A DNA stretch of 64,000 bases, from positions 22,138 through 86,137 of the forward strand of contig DEJS01000019.1 in the NCBI GenBank assembly GCA_002353485.1, given 5' to 3'. Positions 28,539 through 38,882 of this stretch are shown one piece after another. Source of the stretch: Prevotella sp. UBA2742 (lineage in GTDB: Bacteria; Bacteroidota; Bacteroidia; Bacteroidales; Bacteroidaceae). The notes below the pieces were generated by a model that saw only the letters and a program-made list of their open reading frames with translations, did no database searches and was not told where the DNA came from. The stretch's first letter is position 1. Every line of letters starts with the position of its first letter. The position numbers and the translations under genes are program-made.

Positions 28539-30407
28539 TCATTTCACCACGACCTTCTTGCCGTTCACGATGTACAGGCCCTTTGTGGGCTTAGCCACGC
28601 GCTGGCCGGCCATGTTATAGTACACGCCCTTGGCAGCCTTGGCAGCCTCGATGCTCTCGATGCCGGTAGCCTGGCCAGAACCGATATACAGGATAGGAGC
28701 CTCCGTCTCCCCTATGAACTCCAGGTAAGCCTTGCCGACAGGTACGATAGCAGATGTAGATTCAATCCTCTTGAACACAGCCTTATTGCCATCAGCTACC
28801 AGCACGTACCTCTCTTCCTCTTCAGAACCTTCCGATACACTTCCACCATTACCTGCCACCAGCTTGTTGTCATCAACATTGGTCGTGCTGCCTGCAGCAA
28901 TAGGAATGTTGTATTCTCCTGCTTTTGCAGCATTCAGCAGCAGCGGCGTGTTGGCAGGCACGGTGCCAGTCATCTGGGTCATAGTCAGTGTATAGTCGTT
29001 GTGGTCAGTCACGATGTAAGCCTTCACGGGAGACCCTTGGAAGTTGAGAGCTTTGTCCGACACAAACGTTGCCCAACCGGTATTGGTAATAGTGACGCTC
29101 GCACAATCAGGGGTGTCAATGTTGATATTGGGGAAGTCGTCTTTAGCATAATACAGCTGGATGCCGTCGGCGACGAACCAGGTGTTGTCAACATGCCAGT
29201 GATGTGCGAAGCCGAGCTTACCGAAGTCGCCCCCATCCTGCCATACCCAGAACTGAACCACCGCACCGTGGCCGTGGCCGGCCATGCCTATCTTGGCATC
29301 CTCCCAAGCGCGATACTGAGCCATATCGTTGGGAGTGTAGTAGGTGACACCGTCCACCTCGCAGGTAGAGATGTTTCCTGCACCGTTAGTGATGTCCGCA
29401 GTCAGGGCCATGTTTTTAGCCTTGAATGCATCCACCATTGTGGAGTCGCTGCCGTCGATGTCCAAATGGGAAAAGAGATAGGTCCTATGATTCTTGTTCC
29501 AATCCTCGTCGTTGGCCAATACGTCGGCCCATGAGCCGCGACGGTCCATGCCGTAGCCTACGAGCGTGTAGTAGCCTTCGGGCAAGTGAACCTGCTGGTA
29601 GGTGATGAACGGTTTCCCAGACTGCTCAGCTAAGCTGTTGCCAAAAGCAGTCCAGTCGGTGCCCCACCACTGTTCACCAGCGTTCTCTAAGTTTGGATTC
29701 CTCAGCTGTGCGGTGAGATTCTCAGGGGATTCTGCCGTGCCAGTGCCAGCAACCTCCAGGTAGATAGAGCCGAGTTCTTTGGTATTCTGACTGAAAAATG
29801 CGTTGAACTGACCGTAGGTGGAGATGTATTCGTGGTTTCCAGCACCATAAGCGACATCAGCAATGTTCCCGCTCGTTACGTCAGTGGGCTCAGCCCAATA
29901 GTTATCATAGTCATATCCCTTCTGGGCTTCCACATCGTCCGCATCATCGTCGATGATGGCAATCATATCGTGAGCAGAGAGGGCATTGTAGGCATCGTAC
30001 ACGTTTTGGGCGAATGTTTTGTATTCCTGTTTTTTCTCCGTGTCGGCATTGAAGTTATCAATCAGGCTTTTCAGCTTGGCCATGTTGTCGGTGAACTCCC
30101 CATAGGCAGCAAGATACTTGTTCACGCGAGTGATGAACCAAACCAGTTCATCGTAAGCATCCTCGTAGTTCTGGTAGCTTTGTATGGGAGAAGCATTGTA
30201 GAGATTGGTGAAATTCGTTACTCTCTCATTTACGTTGTTTTTCAGCGTCTCGTTGAGGCCTTTCACGCCGTCGGGAGCCAGTGCCTTCAGTTCGTCGAGC
30301 CTCTCCTTCATTTGCTCGCGCATAGCGCTGGCATCGTTCTGTGCTACAGCCCTGGTGCTCAGCATGGTGAGCAGCATGACTGCCAAAAGTAAAAATTTTG
30401 TCTTCAT
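28539..30407 (-). CDS. Secreted protein with T9SS-like C-terminal tail
   Basis: Sec signal; helical N-terminal half; ends TGIESIE...YYNMAGQRVAKPTKGLYIVNGKKVVVK; lower GC than flanking core genes. Confidence 0.8.
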   Translation of the reverse strand: MKTKFLLLAVMLLTMLSTRAVAQNDASAMREQMKERLDELKALAPDGVKGLNETLKNNVNERVTNFTNLYNASPIQSYQNYEDAYDELVWFITRVNKYLAAYGEFTDNMAKLKSLIDNFNADTEKKQEYKTFAQNVYDAYNALSAHDMIAIIDDDADDVEAQKGYDYDNYWAEPTDVTSGNIADVAYGAGNHEYISTYGQFNAFFSQNTKELGSIYLEVAGTGTAESPENLTAQLRNPNLENAGEQWWGTDWTAFGNSLAEQSGKPFITYQQVHLPEGYYTLVGYGMDRRGSWADVLANDEDWNKNHRTYLFSHLDIDGSDSTMVDAFKAKNMALTADITNGAGNISTCEVDGVTYYTPNDMAQYRAWEDAKIGMAGHGHGAVVQFWVWQDGGDFGKLGFAHHWHVDNTWFVADGIQLYYAKDDFPNINIDTPDCASVTITNTGWATFVSDKALNFQGSPVKAYIVTDHNDYTLTMTQMTGTVPANTPLLLNAAKAGEYNIPIAAGSTTNVDDNKLVAGNGGSVSEGSEEEERYVLVADGNKAVFKRIESTSAIVPVGKAYLEFIGETEAPILYIGSGQATGIESIEAAKAAKGVYYNMAGQRVAKPTKGLYIVNGKKVVVK

Positions 30408-30633
30408 TGTGTTGAATTTTAGAATAAATAAAATAGTTAACTACAAAAATGAAATGTGTTGACAGTTGTGGTTTGCCGTCTCTTCACTTCTTAATATATC
30501 GGTCACAAAGATACGAAAAAAATCGTGTGGGGGGGGGGTAAAAACACTTAAAAAAAGTTAAGTACTATTTTCTCCCCCCTTATTTGCGTAGAAATATAGC
30601 CTACAAAAAGAATAACCCCGACATCCCACTGAC

Positions 30634-30765
30634 CTATCTCCATTCTATCTCCATTCTATCTCCATTCTACCTCCATTCTATCTCCATTCTTTTTTACGAA
30701 TCCAGAATGGAACCTAAATGGAGGTAAAATGGAACCAAAGGTGAGATAGGGTGGGGGTAAACGCG
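30634..30765. repeat. 11-bp-period palindromic intergenic element, copy B
   Basis: 5 x CTATCTCCATT, then inverted degenerate agaatggaacc taaatggaggt aaaatggaacc aaaggtgagat. Confidence 0.85.
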
Positions 30766-30917
30766 AGCCCAACTCTTGGCAGAACTGGTCCGGACATACT
30801 CTGACGACGTAGTGAAACGTTTACGTTCTTTTTCTTTAGAAAAAGCTTTGGGATGCTGAAAATAATTCTTACCTTTGCAGCGGAATTAGAGAAAACAAAT
30901 ATATTTTGACTAACGAT

Positions 30918-33296
30918 ATGAAAAAGACTTTTCTTTCCTGGTGCGCAGCCTGCATGCTGTGTGTCTTAGGTGTAATGACGTCGTGCAGCGACGACGACAA
31001 GGTGAGAGAGATTCCCGGTACTGACAAAACCCCAAGCGGCGTTGTAGCTGAGCTGGAGGGTAACTGGATAGTGGACCTGGACGGGCATCAGGATATTGAC
31101 TACGGCTTCATGACGCTGCACTTCGACAAGGCGGGCAGTGGCGAGATGGGCATCACGGTGTACGACTACGACACGAACGGCTACGACCGGCAGGCGGTGA
31201 AGGTGACGACACGCATGCTGGACGACACGACGGTGGACGGAATGCCGATAAAGCGCGTGGAGCTGACGCCTGACTCTTTGTCGATGGTGGCTATGGGCAT
31301 TACGGGCAGTGAGGCCGTGGAGAAGGACACGTTGTCGATATGGTTTGATAACAATGTGGCGAAGATTTTCCTGAACGAGGTGAGCAAGCCTGACGACTAC
31401 GACGGCGACGGCGAGACGGAGGACGTGTCGAACATTATGCAGCCGGGCATGCTGAACACGGAGGCGCTGAACAAGGTGAAGACGCGTGAGTATGTGGAGA
31501 TGATGATGTATGAATACGGCGACCTGGAGGACACGGACAAGTATGCTGCGCAGGCTGCTACCAAACGTGCGCTGAACACGCGCCAGGGATCGAACTGGAT
31601 GAAGGACGTGCCCGACACGAAGAAGGTGAGGGACATGCTGATACCGGGTACGCACGATGCCGGTACTTGTGGCATGGGCGAGGACTGGAACATCACCTTG
31701 GGCATGACGCAGCGCAAGTTGTTGCGCGAGCAGTGGGACTGCGGCATACGATACTTCGACCTGCGTACGCGCTACCGTGACAGCGACGGCAAGGACATGA
31801 TATTCCACTCGATGCTGGACTGCAAGATGAGTCTGGAACAGGCGCTGGACGAAATCATTGCCAGGCTGCAGACGTACAAGTCGTCGGACGGCGTGGTCAT
31901 CAGCATCAAGGCAGAGAACAACGACTTCGGAGGACTGGGTCAGCGGACTTCCGACATCAAGTTGATTATGCCGGTGATTACGGACGGCAAGTGGGGCGCG
32001 CTGACGGTTCATGCCGACATCAGCTCGTTCCTGCAGAAGGCCGGCGATATTGATATCTACAAGTTCGACTTCATGCCGCTGGATGCCAAGAAGACCACAA
32101 ACGAGGCTGTGAAGCTGGTGGAGCAGAAGCTGCTGGACAAGAACCTGCTGGCGAAGTTCCACCCCAGCATGACGATGAAAGACCTGCGTGGAAAGGCCCT
32201 GGTGATGTTTGTCAACGACGTGAAGGATGTGGACTACGGCAAGTTGAAGGACTATGTGGTCATTCAGGAGAAAGGAGAGCTGTACACCCCGTCGAAGAGT
32301 GCAAGCACGACGTACAAGGAGCAGAACGACTGGGAGGTGGGTGGCAACCGCACCTACTTGCAGTACGTGAAGGAGAAGAAGGAGAGCTTCCGCAAGAAAT
32401 TCGAAGAAAGCAAGGACGCGACGAAGAATGATTGGGTGTTCAACGCTGCCAACGGCTATGTGTTTGAGTGCTTCAAGATACCCGACTACGCCAAGGTGTG
32501 CGAGTCATGCTATCCGTCGTTCATCGATGCCGTGCGCGACAACCCCGGCTGTCGCGGACTGGTGGTGATGGACTATGCCGGCGACAACACGATATGCCGC
32601 GTGAACATATACAAGCTGGTGGCTAACGTCTTCGTGTCGGGCTCTGTTGTCGGAGGCATTGCCGACAAGGTGATAGGATTCTTTGCAGGCAAGAAGAAGA
32701 CCGCCATTGGCAAGAACCTGTTCAAGGCCGGCTACTGGGCGCTGTCGAAGGTGACCATGAACGACCATGTGCATTCGCAGGACCTGATATGTGCGCTGAT
32801 AGACGGCAACTTCACGAGCAATGCCTTCGACCCCAACGTCATTACGCCACTGGCAGGCACCAATCCGCTGAAAGAAAGCGACCCCGAGAAGTTCGAGTGT
32901 CTGTTTGACGACAAGCAGAACACCAAGTGGTGTGTCAGCTCGTGGAGCAAGGTGGGTCCGCTGACGGACAGCTACTGGTATGCGGAGTTCAAGAGCACGG
33001 AGCCCTTCACCGCCAAGACGTACACGCTGATAACGGCCAACGACATTGCCTCATATAACGACCGCAACCCCAAGCGCTGGAAGCTGTATGGCAAGGTGAA
33101 CGCCCAAGACCAGTACAAGCTGATTGACGAGCGCGACACGGAGAAGAACGGTGGCGACGGCCTGCCCACAAAGAACTACACGGGCAAGGACTACACGATA
33201 CAGCACCCGGACAAGTACATGTACTACAAGCTGGAGGTTTACACCAACTGGGGTAATAAGTACATGATGCTGGGCGGATTTAAGTTCTCGATTTAA
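30918..33296 (+). CDS. Lipoprotein with PI-PLC-like phosphodiesterase domain and C-terminal F5/8-type C (discoidin-like) domain
   Basis: Lipobox VMTSC-SDDD; NWMKD...IPGTHDAG, GIRYFDLR, IFH; C-terminal LFDDKQNTKW...RNPKRWKLYG...YYKLEV. Confidence 0.8.
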   Translation: MKKTFLSWCAACMLCVLGVMTSCSDDDKVREIPGTDKTPSGVVAELEGNWIVDLDGHQDIDYGFMTLHFDKAGSGEMGITVYDYDTNGYDRQAVKVTTRMLDDTTVDGMPIKRVELTPDSLSMVAMGITGSEAVEKDTLSIWFDNNVAKIFLNEVSKPDDYDGDGETEDVSNIMQPGMLNTEALNKVKTREYVEMMMYEYGDLEDTDKYAAQAATKRALNTRQGSNWMKDVPDTKKVRDMLIPGTHDAGTCGMGEDWNITLGMTQRKLLREQWDCGIRYFDLRTRYRDSDGKDMIFHSMLDCKMSLEQALDEIIARLQTYKSSDGVVISIKAENNDFGGLGQRTSDIKLIMPVITDGKWGALTVHADISSFLQKAGDIDIYKFDFMPLDAKKTTNEAVKLVEQKLLDKNLLAKFHPSMTMKDLRGKALVMFVNDVKDVDYGKLKDYVVIQEKGELYTPSKSASTTYKEQNDWEVGGNRTYLQYVKEKKESFRKKFEESKDATKNDWVFNAANGYVFECFKIPDYAKVCESCYPSFIDAVRDNPGCRGLVVMDYAGDNTICRVNIYKLVANVFVSGSVVGGIADKVIGFFAGKKKTAIGKNLFKAGYWALSKVTMNDHVHSQDLICALIDGNFTSNAFDPNVITPLAGTNPLKESDPEKFECLFDDKQNTKWCVSSWSKVGPLTDSYWYAEFKSTEPFTAKTYTLITANDIASYNDRNPKRWKLYGKVNAQDQYKLIDERDTEKNGGDGLPTKNYTGKDYTIQHPDKYMYYKLEVYTNWGNKYMMLGGFKFSI

Positions 33297-33310
33297 AACG
33301 GAAAAAGATA

Positions 33311-34018
33311 ATGAAGACAAGACTTTTAACTCTCGTGGCTGCCCTGCTGCTGTGTGGCTGGGCACCCGTGATGGCCCAGAAGGACGAGGCCAAGTTCTGC
33401 AGGACCTTCGATGAGTTCCTGGCAGGCAAGTGGACCAGCGTAAGCTCGCTGCTGGAGAACAAGGACAAGGTGTGCGAGATGAAGTTCAAGGACAATGAGC
33501 TCAGATTCAAGACGGGCGAGAAGGCCGCCGACAAGGTGCTGCGCAAGGAGGCGCTGGTGCTGAAATATGCAGGCCATCTGTACGTCAACTGCCGTAACCT
33601 GGACTGCAACACGTTCTCGCTGGACTGCAACAACTATGCACAGGCTTTCCTCTACGGGGGCAACAAACTGCTGTTTGCTGCCTATAAGATTAACGATGCT
33701 GCCCTGTTGGGCAGTCTGGCCGTCGACATCGTGGGCATTGCCACGCCCGGCGTGCCAGGGGCTGCTACCTTGGTGGCATCGGATGTCATCTGGTATGGGG
33801 CGAAGGACCTGGTGGGCTTCCGCTGCTATCTGTTGGAGAAGAGTAACGAAGACGGCGAGGCCATGGTAGAGGGCTTGAACGACGACTTCATGGAGAACCT
33901 GCTGAAGGGCAACGACGCCCTGCTGAGGCGCTACAAGTCGAGCGAGAAGAAGAACGACCGTCTGTCAGCGTCGCACATCCTGCCCATACTCAGGGAGAAA
34001 GGGCTCATAAAGGAATAG
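33311..34018 (+). CDS. Hypothetical exported protein
   Basis: Sec signal MKTRLLTLVAALLLCGWAPVMA; 14 nt downstream of the PLC-like gene. Confidence 0.75.
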   Translation: MKTRLLTLVAALLLCGWAPVMAQKDEAKFCRTFDEFLAGKWTSVSSLLENKDKVCEMKFKDNELRFKTGEKAADKVLRKEALVLKYAGHLYVNCRNLDCNTFSLDCNNYAQAFLYGGNKLLFAAYKINDAALLGSLAVDIVGIATPGVPGAATLVASDVIWYGAKDLVGFRCYLLEKSNEDGEAMVEGLNDDFMENLLKGNDALLRRYKSSEKKNDRLSASHILPILREKGLIKE

Positions 34019-34040
34019 GGAGTTATCAGCCAACGCTAAT

Positions 34041-34075
34041 AGAAGAAGGCTCGCTGCATAAGCGAGCCTTCTTCT
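34041..34075. terminator. Bidirectional terminator
   Basis: agaagaaggctcgct-gcata-agcgagccttcttct between convergent genes. Confidence 0.8.
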
Positions 34076-34076
34076 G

Positions 34077-35666
34077 TTATTTCTTGTCGTAGGCGTGCAG
34101 GGGGTAGTCGGTGGTGAAGTGCAGACCGCGACACTCCTTGCGCTCCAGTGCCCAACGGGTGATAAGGTAGCCCACGTTGATCATGTTGCGGAGCTCGCAG
34201 ATGTCGCGCGAGGCCTTGACGCGCTTGAACAGCCGCTCGGTCTCTTCGTACAGCATGTCCAGACGGTCCCAGGCACGGTGCAGACGAAGGTCGGAGCGTA
34301 CGATGCCTACGTAGTTGGACATAATCTGGTTGACCTCCTTCACCGACTGGGTGATGAGCACTTTCTCCTCGTTGGTCATGGTGCCTTCGTCGTTCCACTC
34401 AGGTACCCGGTCGTTGTAGTCGTACAGGTCGACATGTGCCAGCGAGTCCTTGGCGGCAGCATCGGCATAGACCACGGCCTCGATGAGCGAGTTGCTGGCC
34501 AGACGGTTGCCACCGTGCAGACCGGTGCAAGAACACTCGCCGAGGGCATAGAGGCGCTGGATGCTGGACTGTCCGTTGAGGTCGACCTTGATGCCACCGC
34601 ACATGTAGTGGGCTGCGGGCCGCACGGGGATATAGTCGGTGGTGATGTCGATGCCTATGGACAGACACTTCTGGTAGATGTTGGGGAAGTGACGGCGCGT
34701 CTCCTCGGGGTCTTTATGGGTGACGTCCAGACAGACGTGGTCCAGTCCGTGTATCTTCATCTCCTTATCGATGGCACGGGCCACGATGTCGCGTGGGGCC
34801 AGCGACAAGCGCTCATCGTATTTCTCCATGAAGGTCTCGCCGTTGGGCAGCTTCAGTATGCCGCCGTAGCCGCGCATGGCCTCGGTGATGAGGTAGGCGG
34901 GGTGTGTCTCCTGAGGGTTGTGCAGCACGGTGGGGTGGAACTGCACAAACTCCATGTCGGCCACGGTGCCCTTGGCGCGGTACACCATGGCAATGCCGTC
35001 GCCGGTGGCGATGACGGGGTTCGACGTGGTCAGGTAGACGGCGCCACAGCCACCGGTACACATGACGGTGACCTTCGACAGGTAGGTGTCTACCTTCTGC
35101 GTCTCGGGGTTCAGCACGTAGGCACCGTAGCACTGGATGTTGGGCGACCGTCGGGTCACGCGGACACCCAGATGGTGCTGCGTGATAATCTCGACGGCGA
35201 AGTGCTGCTCCTTCACGTCGATGTCAGGACAGCTGCGTACCGCCTCCATCAGGCCGCGCTGTATCTCGGCACCGGTGTCGTCGGCATGGTGAAGGATGCG
35301 AAACTCAGAGTGACCGCCCTCGCGGTGCAGGTCGAACTGGCCGTCTTCCTTGCGGTCGAAGTGGACGCCCCACCTGACCAATTCCTCTATCTGGCTGGGA
35401 GCCTGGCGCACCACCTGCTCCACGGCCTGACGGTCGCTGATGTAGTCGCCGGCTATGATGGTGTCGGCAATGTGCTTGTCGAAGGTGTCCACCTTCAGGT
35501 TTGTCACTGATGCTACGCCGCCCTGGGCGAACGACGTGTTGGCCTCGTCGAGTCCGGCCTTGCATATCATACATACGCGCCCCTTGTGGGCACGTGCCAC
35601 CTTCAGGGCGTAGCTCATGCCGGCCACCCCTGCTCCGATGATGAGGAAATCGTACTTGTATACCAT
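34077..35666 (-). CDS. nadB: L-aspartate oxidase
   Basis: IGAGVAG, AQGGVA, REGGHS, QFHPT, ITEAMRG, AHYMCGG, HGGNRLASNSL. Confidence 0.97.
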   Translation of the reverse strand: MVYKYDFLIIGAGVAGMSYALKVARAHKGRVCMICKAGLDEANTSFAQGGVASVTNLKVDTFDKHIADTIIAGDYISDRQAVEQVVRQAPSQIEELVRWGVHFDRKEDGQFDLHREGGHSEFRILHHADDTGAEIQRGLMEAVRSCPDIDVKEQHFAVEIITQHHLGVRVTRRSPNIQCYGAYVLNPETQKVDTYLSKVTVMCTGGCGAVYLTTSNPVIATGDGIAMVYRAKGTVADMEFVQFHPTVLHNPQETHPAYLITEAMRGYGGILKLPNGETFMEKYDERLSLAPRDIVARAIDKEMKIHGLDHVCLDVTHKDPEETRRHFPNIYQKCLSIGIDITTDYIPVRPAAHYMCGGIKVDLNGQSSIQRLYALGECSCTGLHGGNRLASNSLIEAVVYADAAAKDSLAHVDLYDYNDRVPEWNDEGTMTNEEKVLITQSVKEVNQIMSNYVGIVRSDLRLHRAWDRLDMLYEETERLFKRVKASRDICELRNMINVGYLITRWALERKECRGLHFTTDYPLHAYDKK

Positions 35667-35755
35667 CGTTCTTAAGTTATTTCGTGCAAAGTTACGAATT
35701 TTCTCTTAACTCTCACTCCTAACTCTGAACTTTTTCGTACCTTTGCACTGAAATT

Positions 35756-36922
35756 ATGAAGAAATATGTTGTTTTGCTGCTCTTATGCAGCTCTTTTATG
35801 GGGTTGTCGGCACAGACCGACCGTCTGGGCCCGTCGCTGGACTCCCTGCTGCGCGACCCCATGTTCGAGACCTCTCAGGTAGGACTGATGGTGTACGACC
35901 TGACGGCCGACTCGGCACTCTACTGCCATAACCACCGACAGCTGATGCGCCCCGCTTCGTGTATGAAACTGGTAACGGCCATCACCGCGCTGGACCAGCT
36001 GCGCCCCAGCTATACCTATACCACAAAGCTCTACTATACCGGACAGGTGGTAGGCTCCACACTTGTAGGTAACATCTATTGCGTGGGAGGCTTCGACCCC
36101 ACGCTGACTGTCGACGACGTGGCCGTCATGGCCTCTGGCGTAGCACGTCTGGGCATTGACAGCATTCGTGGACTATTGGTCGCTGACCGCACCATGAAGG
36201 AAGCCCTCGACTATGGCGAGGGCTGGTGCTGGGATGACGACAACCCCATGCTCACACCGCTCTCCGTGGGCAGGAAGAACAACTTCCTCGAAACGTTTGC
36301 CGAGGAGGTGGCCCGGCTGGGCGTCAACCTGGAGGGTGTACAGCTGACCGAGGGACGCACGCCACAGCAGGCACAGCTGCTGCTGACCTATAGGCATAGC
36401 ATCTCGACCGTGCTGGACCGCATGATGAAGATGAGCGATAACTTCTATGCCGAGTCGATGTTCTACCAGACGGCATGGTCGGCAGGCAAAGGACTGGCTC
36501 GGGCCAAGGACGCCCGCGACATCACCAAGAAGTTGTTTGCAAGGTTAGGGTTGGGGCATTATCCCTATAAGGTGGCCGACGGCTCCGGGCTGTCGCTCTA
36601 CAACTACGTCTCCGTCGAACTGCTGTGCCGTCTGCTGCGCTATGCCTGGCTCACACCCTCCATCCGCCAGCCTCTGATGGAGTCGCTGCCCATAGCCGGT
36701 GTCGATGGCACGCTGAAAGATCGCATGCGGGGCACCGCGGCCCAAGGCAACGTACGCGCCAAGACCGGTACCCTGACGGGCATCTCGTCGTTGGCAGGCT
36801 ACTGCACTACGGCTCAGGGCCACCAGCTCTGCTTTGCCATCATTAATCAGGGCGTCATGCGCGGTGCCACAGGCAAGGCCTTCCAAGACCGCGTCTGCAA
36901 ACTGTTGACCGAATATGAATAA
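35756..36922 (+). CDS. dacB: D-Ala-D-Ala carboxypeptidase/endopeptidase (PBP4, peptidase S13)
   Basis: PASCMK (SxxK), SDN, DGSGLS, AKTGTL. Confidence 0.93.
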   Translation: MKKYVVLLLLCSSFMGLSAQTDRLGPSLDSLLRDPMFETSQVGLMVYDLTADSALYCHNHRQLMRPASCMKLVTAITALDQLRPSYTYTTKLYYTGQVVGSTLVGNIYCVGGFDPTLTVDDVAVMASGVARLGIDSIRGLLVADRTMKEALDYGEGWCWDDDNPMLTPLSVGRKNNFLETFAEEVARLGVNLEGVQLTEGRTPQQAQLLLTYRHSISTVLDRMMKMSDNFYAESMFYQTAWSAGKGLARAKDARDITKKLFARLGLGHYPYKVADGSGLSLYNYVSVELLCRLLRYAWLTPSIRQPLMESLPIAGVDGTLKDRMRGTAAQGNVRAKTGTLTGISSLAGYCTTAQGHQLCFAIINQGVMRGATGKAFQDRVCKLLTEYE

Positions 36923-37832
36923 AGCATCTAAATACATCCTTTTGGTGGTGGTGTGCCTCGTAGTACCCTCCGCCGTCGTATGGAACTTCCTGCCAGGCTG
37001 GCTGGGCGACTATCCGAAAGTCTATAACATCGTACACCGCGTGACGGCTGTTTATATGACCATTGTCACGACGTGGCTTGTTATTAGCTTTGCCAACTCG
37101 TTCAGGAAGCTGGGTGAGCAACATAATGTACCGCATCAGCAGTACCTGAACTCGTTTATCAGTGTGCTGAAGATAGTGCTTATCTTCATTGCTGTCATCG
37201 TGGTCATCGCCATTATGCTCGACAAGGACCCGTCGACGCTCATAGCAGGACTGGGTGCTGCCTCGGCCATTCTGATGCTGGCATTCCAGGACACCATCAA
37301 GGGTCTGGTGGCAGGAATACGTCTGACGTCAAATAATATGCTGGCCGTGGGCGACCGTATCACGGTGCCGGCTGCTGGCATCGATGGCTTGGTGGAGGAA
37401 ATCATGCTGACTACCGTCAAGGTGCGCAACTTCGACAATACCATCGTTACCATCTCACCACAGGCTTTAGTCGACGGCTCGTTCCAGAACTGGAAGGGCA
37501 TGGCAGAGAAACGAGGCCGAAAGGTGGTGCGTAAGGTGTTCTTCGACTTCCGGTCTATCGTCAAGGACAATGAAGGCATCGTCAACCTGACTCGCTACCG
37601 TCAGCACATGGAACAGTGGCTTCGCAAGCACCCTCACGTGCTGAAAGACAATATCATCATGGTGCACCAGCTGGATGCAACCCCCACAGGGCTGCCTGTG
37701 GAGTTTGTGTTCTGGCTCGACGAACAGAAGGTGCCTCTCTTCGAGGAGCTTATCTCCGAAATCATGGAGCAGGCCTATGCCGAGGCTACAATCTTCGGGC
37801 TGCGTGTCTATCAGCAATTTCCTGAGCAGTAA
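36915..37832 (+). CDS. MscS family mechanosensitive channel
   Basis: [37 protein letters not shown]. Confidence 0.9.
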   Translation: MNKASKYILLVVVCLVVPSAVVWNFLPGWLGDYPKVYNIVHRVTAVYMTIVTTWLVISFANSFRKLGEQHNVPHQQYLNSFISVLKIVLIFIAVIVVIAIMLDKDPSTLIAGLGAASAILMLAFQDTIKGLVAGIRLTSNNMLAVGDRITVPAAGIDGLVEEIMLTTVKVRNFDNTIVTISPQALVDGSFQNWKGMAEKRGRKVVRKVFFDFRSIVKDNEGIVNLTRYRQHMEQWLRKHPHVLKDNIIMVHQLDATPTGLPVEFVFWLDEQKVPLFEELISEIMEQAYAEATIFGLRVYQQFPEQ

Positions 37833-37895
37833 TGCCCCTGTTTCGACCCTATTAATTTGGCTTTTCACGCTTTTTGCATTACCTTTGCACCCGAG

Positions 37896-38882
37896 ATGGA
37901 CTTTACCAACACGATATTGCAGTGGTTCCACGAGAATGGCCGTGCGCTTCCCTGGAGGGAAACGAACGATGCGTATGCAATATGGCTGTCGGAAATCATA
38001 TTACAACAGACGCGTGTCGAACAGGGACGGCCCTATTGGGAACGCTTTATGCAGCGATGGCCCACCGTAGAGGCGCTGGCTGCTGCCAAAGAAGACGAAG
38101 TGCTGCGCCAGTGGCAGGGATTGGGTTACTATAGCAGGGCAAGGAACCTTCACCATGCTGCCAGACAGGTGGTGGAGATGGGGGCGTTCCCCTCTACGCT
38201 GGAGGGTATAAAGAGCCTGAAGGGTGTGGGCGACTACACCGCTGCAGCCATCGGCAGCATCGCTTTTGGGCTGCCTGCTGCCGTGGTGGACGGTAATGTC
38301 TATCGTGTGCTGGCCCGGCACTTCGGTGTGGCAACGCCCGTCAATACCACTGAGGGAAAGAAGGAGTTTACGGCCCTGGCACAGTCGCTGTTGCCCGGCG
38401 ACAAGGCATCGGCCTTTAACCAGGCAATGATGGATTTCGGCGCGATACAGTGTACGCCGCAGCATCCGCAATGCCGGTCGTGCCCATTGCAGGAATCGTG
38501 TGTGGCCTGGCGCGAGGGCAGGGTAGATGTACTCCCCGTTAAGGTACGCAGGCTGAAGGTGAAGGAACGTCATCTGACGTACGTCTATATACGGTACGAC
38601 GGACAAACCGCCATTCGCCGACGACCCTCGGGCGACATCTGGCAGGGACTCTATGAGCCGTGGCTTACCGACACGGTGCCCGTGGGCGCCGTATTGCTGC
38701 GCCAAAACGTCAGGCATGAACTGACGCACCGCGTGGTCTATGCCGACTTCTGGCTGTGGCAGCCGGAGGGACGACGTCCAGCCTTGCCGACGGACTATTT
38801 CTGGATTAACGAAAGCCAAATAGACAACTATGGCGTGCCTCGCCTGGTGGAAAAACTGTTAGAAGCATTATGGAAAGAGTAA
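37896..38882 (+). CDS. mutY: A/G-specific adenine glycosylase
   Basis: LPWR, SEIILQQT, GLGYYSRARNL, GVGDYTA, VDGNVYRV, Fe-S C-x6-C-x2-C-x5-C; start reassigned to the ATG after the -7 box. Confidence 0.95.
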   Translation: MDFTNTILQWFHENGRALPWRETNDAYAIWLSEIILQQTRVEQGRPYWERFMQRWPTVEALAAAKEDEVLRQWQGLGYYSRARNLHHAARQVVEMGAFPSTLEGIKSLKGVGDYTAAAIGSIAFGLPAAVVDGNVYRVLARHFGVATPVNTTEGKKEFTALAQSLLPGDKASAFNQAMMDFGAIQCTPQHPQCRSCPLQESCVAWREGRVDVLPVKVRRLKVKERHLTYVYIRYDGQTAIRRRPSGDIWQGLYEPWLTDTVPVGAVLLRQNVRHELTHRVVYADFWLWQPEGRRPALPTDYFWINESQIDNYGVPRLVEKLLEALWKE

